This document shows positions 60,021 through 64,000 of a DNA stretch of 64,000 nucleotides, piece after piece (the stretch's first letter is position 1; every line of letters begins with the position of its first letter). The translations under genes and the position numbers were made by a program. This DNA is from Callorhinchus milii (Eukaryota). Below the pieces are notes generated by a model. The model worked only from the letters and a program-made list of their open reading frames with translations. It was not told the origin of the DNA and did no database searches. Location of the stretch: NCBI RefSeq assembly GCF_018977255.1, contig NW_024704742.1, positions 31,992,001 to 32,056,000 of the forward strand. Reading direction: 5' to 3'.

Positions 60021-63000
60021 CTGGGATTAGATAAAAGGATTTACACACAGCAAAAGAAATGCCATTTGCCAACAAGTTGGTTTGACATATTTTTTTTAAA
60101 AAAATTTAATTTGCAATTCCAATAGCAATCACTACAGTTTGCTTTAATTATTCTAAAATTATCATGAGGTAAAAAAAAAAAATTCTCAGCCTAATAAATC
60201 GGGCGCACGATTATGTGTATTAACCCTATATTTAATCATTTCCCAATAATTTTACCCAAGGGAAAATTCACAGTAAGAAAGGGAAGAAAGAAAAAACAAA
60301 TTAGGTCTGATTAAAATATTGGACTGCATTGCTTTAAATAACAAGAAGGTATAATTTCCCTTTAATTCTGTCCATTTTTGTCACATATTTTTTTTTCCCG
60401 TTATGAATTCCTTCAATTGAATGTTCATTTTTCAATTTTATAATTAATATTCATTCCACATAGCAAAATTCTACTTATATCAAAATGCCAATTACAAACC
60501 AACCTCATGAATATGGATCATGAACTTTGCTCAAAGTGATTCAAATTAATTCTGTGAATAAGTAGTTTCATATTTTACATATAAGGCACTGCCAGTGATA
60601 GGTACAATCTAATTGCCCTGCAGTTATATCAGTCCGGCTCAGTTGATAGCATTGTTTCTCTTTGATTCAGAAAACTGAAAATGAAACGCTATGTCAGAAC
60701 TTTGAACGCATGAGTCTTGGCTGACCCTCCGGTCACAGTGCTGGGGGAGTGCCACATTGTTGGAGGTGCCATCCTTTGGATGAGATGTTAAACTGAGGTC
60801 ACATCTATCTGTTCAGGTAGACGTTTAAGATCCATGGCACTAGTCAACAAAGAGAAGGAAGTTTTTCCTGATATCCTGGCCAACAATAAAAACAATCATT
60901 TACTTCATGTTTGTTTGTGGGTCACTGCTGAGTCAAATTTACCTACAAATACACATCCATAGTAAAATCCTGTGAATTGCACGGACAAGTAGTATAAGGT
61001 GTTATATCGAAAGGATTATTATTACAATTATTTCACTTGTAGTTAGAAAGGCAACCATGTTCGCTCGCACACCGAGGTTTTATAGATCTTAATTTGGCTT
61101 CAGATTTGACTTTGATGGTTACAGATTCCTTATTCCCTAGTTAGGTTTTTATATTGCAAAGTAACCCATCGAGTATCATTCCAGACTGGTCTCTGTTTGT
61201 CCAGCAACGTTGTTTCCCTGTTAAGAAGGTGCAACTGCTGGTTTGCACTATTCTGTCAAAGACATGGAACCCAGATCTGAGTAAAAAATCATTTAATGCC
61301 CAATAATCCTTTTAATGTATGTTGCATTGCATCAACACTTTATTTCGTTGGATAACATGAGATGCTGTAATTGGGTATCAAATAATTATAAATAAAGGCA
61401 TTGATACATCCTTTCAATATACTTTCCACTAATGTGTGTAGTCGTGGTAATTATAGTCTCATGCAATAAATATATGAGGAAACTATTTCCATCCCAGGGA
61501 TGGAGAAGCACCATTTTAGTTTGTGAAGAAAAATATCCTAAGACTGGATCAACACCAACAAGTGTTGAGTTGTTGTATGTGTATTCATTATAAAACCATT
61601 CTAAATATGCTTACGTCAGAGTTTTTTTGTACAAATGGGGGTCTGACATATACAGAAAAACACATCGCCATGCGTGAGAGTATCCAAACTAGATGAGAGT
61701 TCCACATATCCATAGAAATTTCTCTGGGTCTGAAATTGAATGTTTAACCTCTCCCTGGAGTGAGACTCTCTGCTTACCAGAGATTCTTAGGCACAGGTTG
61801 GTGAGAGCCAAAGCTTGGAGCCCCCAGACTGTGCTTGGCGTACTGCTGTAGTTTAACCAGTTAAAACGCATAGCATGCCATTGAAATCCCTTCCTGGTAA
61901 GCTTTCTGCTGCTTGTCCAGCTAAGACCACGCTACACTTTAACACAATCCTGCCCCCAGTCACATGTCTGCCCTCAAAGTCCAGGCTGTTGGCACTTACA
62001 TTCCCCCTCCCTCCCCCTGGAGAATAGAGAGAGATGGGAGTGATAGCCTCACACTGTTTGACGGAATTACTACTGGAAAGTTAATAAAATATGAATGCTG
62101 CTTCTTTAGAGGGTGGATCGCTAATTACTTTTTGTGATCGGTGTATGACAGAGCTCTATATTAATATTACTTCCCAAAGCATACTGTGCCTGAAAATCAA
62201 GATGTTGAGACAAAATGAATGTTTGTGCGTGTGTGAGGTGGTTGGAGGGCTGGAAATCATCCAAAATTTTAGTCTGAAGAAACTCATTTGCATTGTGAAA
62301 TGTTGAATAAATGCATTTTTGACAGTATGTGGAATAAATAGAATTTAGCCCAGCTTTTAGATATTTTCATTTCCTCTTTAAATCTTCATGATGGTAAAAC
62401 AATGTAAGGTTATCACAGGAAAGGCAGAGGCTGCGTTGATTTTAAGACGAAAGATTATCCTGCAAGATGGTAATTTACAACATTAACTTTTACATATTTA
62501 ATATACTGATTGCATCTTCATCCACTTTACATAGTCTTTGTGAATTTATGGATGTCAGTGATCCACATTAAGGATGCTAGAGACATTTCAAACGTCAAAA
62601 GGTTCAAATTATGCGCATTTTAAAATGACTACGGGAAATTATACTTGAATTACAATTTTTTCAAGGAAACAAACATTGATTGTTTGCTTTATCTGAGCTA
62701 TTTGGAAAAGCTGAATTTTGCACATTCTCTTAAAACATGTTTCGGGACTATGTCAGTAAAGTGCTATTTCTAATACTGTATTTCCAATCTAAACAGCTTG
62801 GATGCAACAGCAACTTGCAATATATAGCATCCCTCACAGAGGTTAGTGTTACAGAGCACTTAAGTGATGATTCCAGCTGAAATGACAAGTGGAAATATAC
62901 AGAATCTTAGAGTCTTAAACCTAGGGTGAACTAGAAATTCATGTGAATGATTTTTAGTTTGGAAATCAGACCACCATTTTAACAGTAACAACAGGTTGTA

Positions 63001-63193
63001 TTATAGAGAGAGCCAGTTTGAAATGTGACATTGGCTAGAGGATGAGATTTCATTATGGAACAGGAAATGTGCAAATCATTTGACCTGCAGGTTATTTTAG
63101 CAACCAAAATTCAAAGTAAACCATGATTGGGTGCAGTCCATGATCTTGCGTATATCGTGAGTGCAGTTTGTTAGTTACTCAGTGCCCATTGTA

Positions 63194-63400
63194 ATAATAA
63201 TAATAATCCATGCATTTGATATAGCGCCATATTACTTCTTTGAGACGTCTCCAAACGCCTCACAGCATATACTGTAAAGTGAATTGACTGTATATTTTGT
63301 GGGTGAAACGCGGCAGCCAATTACACACAACAGTGTCCCACAAACAGTTGTAGATTGAGTGTCCAAATTATTATTATTATTTGAACAACTTATTATTATT
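63194..63400 (-). mobile_element. SINE tail half
   Basis: Same body/tail as the other copies. Confidence 0.75.
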
Positions 63401-63519
63401 ATTATTGTACTGTTGGGGTGAGAATAACTTTTAATGTTCAACGGTAAGCTTACAAAGAGAGACCAAAGGGGAAGTTAAAGAAATCTAGTGTTATAATTGA
63501 AATGTTGCTCACCAGGTCC

Positions 63520-64000
63520 CAACAACAACAAGATTCCATTTATAGAGCGCCTTTCACGTCAGGAGGACGTCCCAAGGCGCTGTACAGTTGGGTCAGGACC
63601 CGAGCAGGGGGGAAATGGTCAGGGTGAGGGGAGGGAAGGGAGGGAGCGAGGAGTAGGTAGAGAGTCGAGAGGGGAGCTGAAGGCACGGTCAAAGAGACCG
63701 GCCTTGAAGGAGGAAAGGGAGGAGGCGGCGAAGGCACTGGGGGATGGAGTTCCAGAGCCTCGGGGCTGAGAGGCTGAAGGCCCGGCCACCGATGGTAGGG
63801 CGGTTGGGGCGGGGGATGTGGAGCAGACCGGAGCCAGAGGAACGGAGGGTACGGGCAGGTAAGTAGGGGGATAGTAGGTCGGAGAGGTAGGAGGGAGCCA
63901 GGCCGTGAATGGCCTTGTAGGTGAGGATGAGGATCTTGAATTCGATCCTCTGGAGAATGGGAAGCCAGTGGAGGCGAGCGAGGGTGGGAGTGGTGTGGTC
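63520..64000 (-). mobile_element. L2-clade LINE 3' end, runs off the window
   Basis: Similar to 58750-59190; minus strand encodes TLARLHWLPILQRIEFKILILTYKAIHGLAPSYLSDLL. Confidence 0.85.

Noticed and set aside
44763-64000. Many 60-290 aa ORFs in the right third of the window
   Set aside because: They map to SINE, L2 or CR1 remnants or look like chance ORFs; no recognisable exon set

Overview
Vertebrate genomic DNA, probably from a cartilaginous fish (inferred from the tRNA-head SINE, L2/CR1 LINE and Tigger repeat landscape). No intact protein-coding gene is evident. Positions ~3.9-44.8 kb hold a rearranged amplicon: four partial copies of ACAT2 (cytosolic acetoacetyl-CoA thiolase; A-, B+, C+, D-), two copies of the tail-to-tail TCP1 3' end (exons 10-12), three TCP1 exon-9 remnants, and four whole or partial copies of a TCP1-intronic H/ACA snoRNA resembling SNORA20. 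No ACAT2 copy has exons 2-3. Many junctions coincide with a quasi-palindromic 16-bp satellite (GGGACCGGCCCTTGCA). It forms near-homogeneous arrays of ~2.6, ~2.4 and ~0.5 kb, one short diverged array, and 1-2-unit scars, often with 3-6 nt microhomology. Copy C keeps a promoter with an exact SRE-1, a CCAAT box and GC boxes directly against the array. A partial nectin/PVR-like Ig-superfamily gene (19.1-25.7 kb) lies between the two complexes. The region 44.8-64 kb is repeat-rich with no recognisable gene. The giant six-frame ORFs are artefacts of the stop-free repeat. All calls were made by eye, with no database search; exon numbers follow the human genes as recalled.
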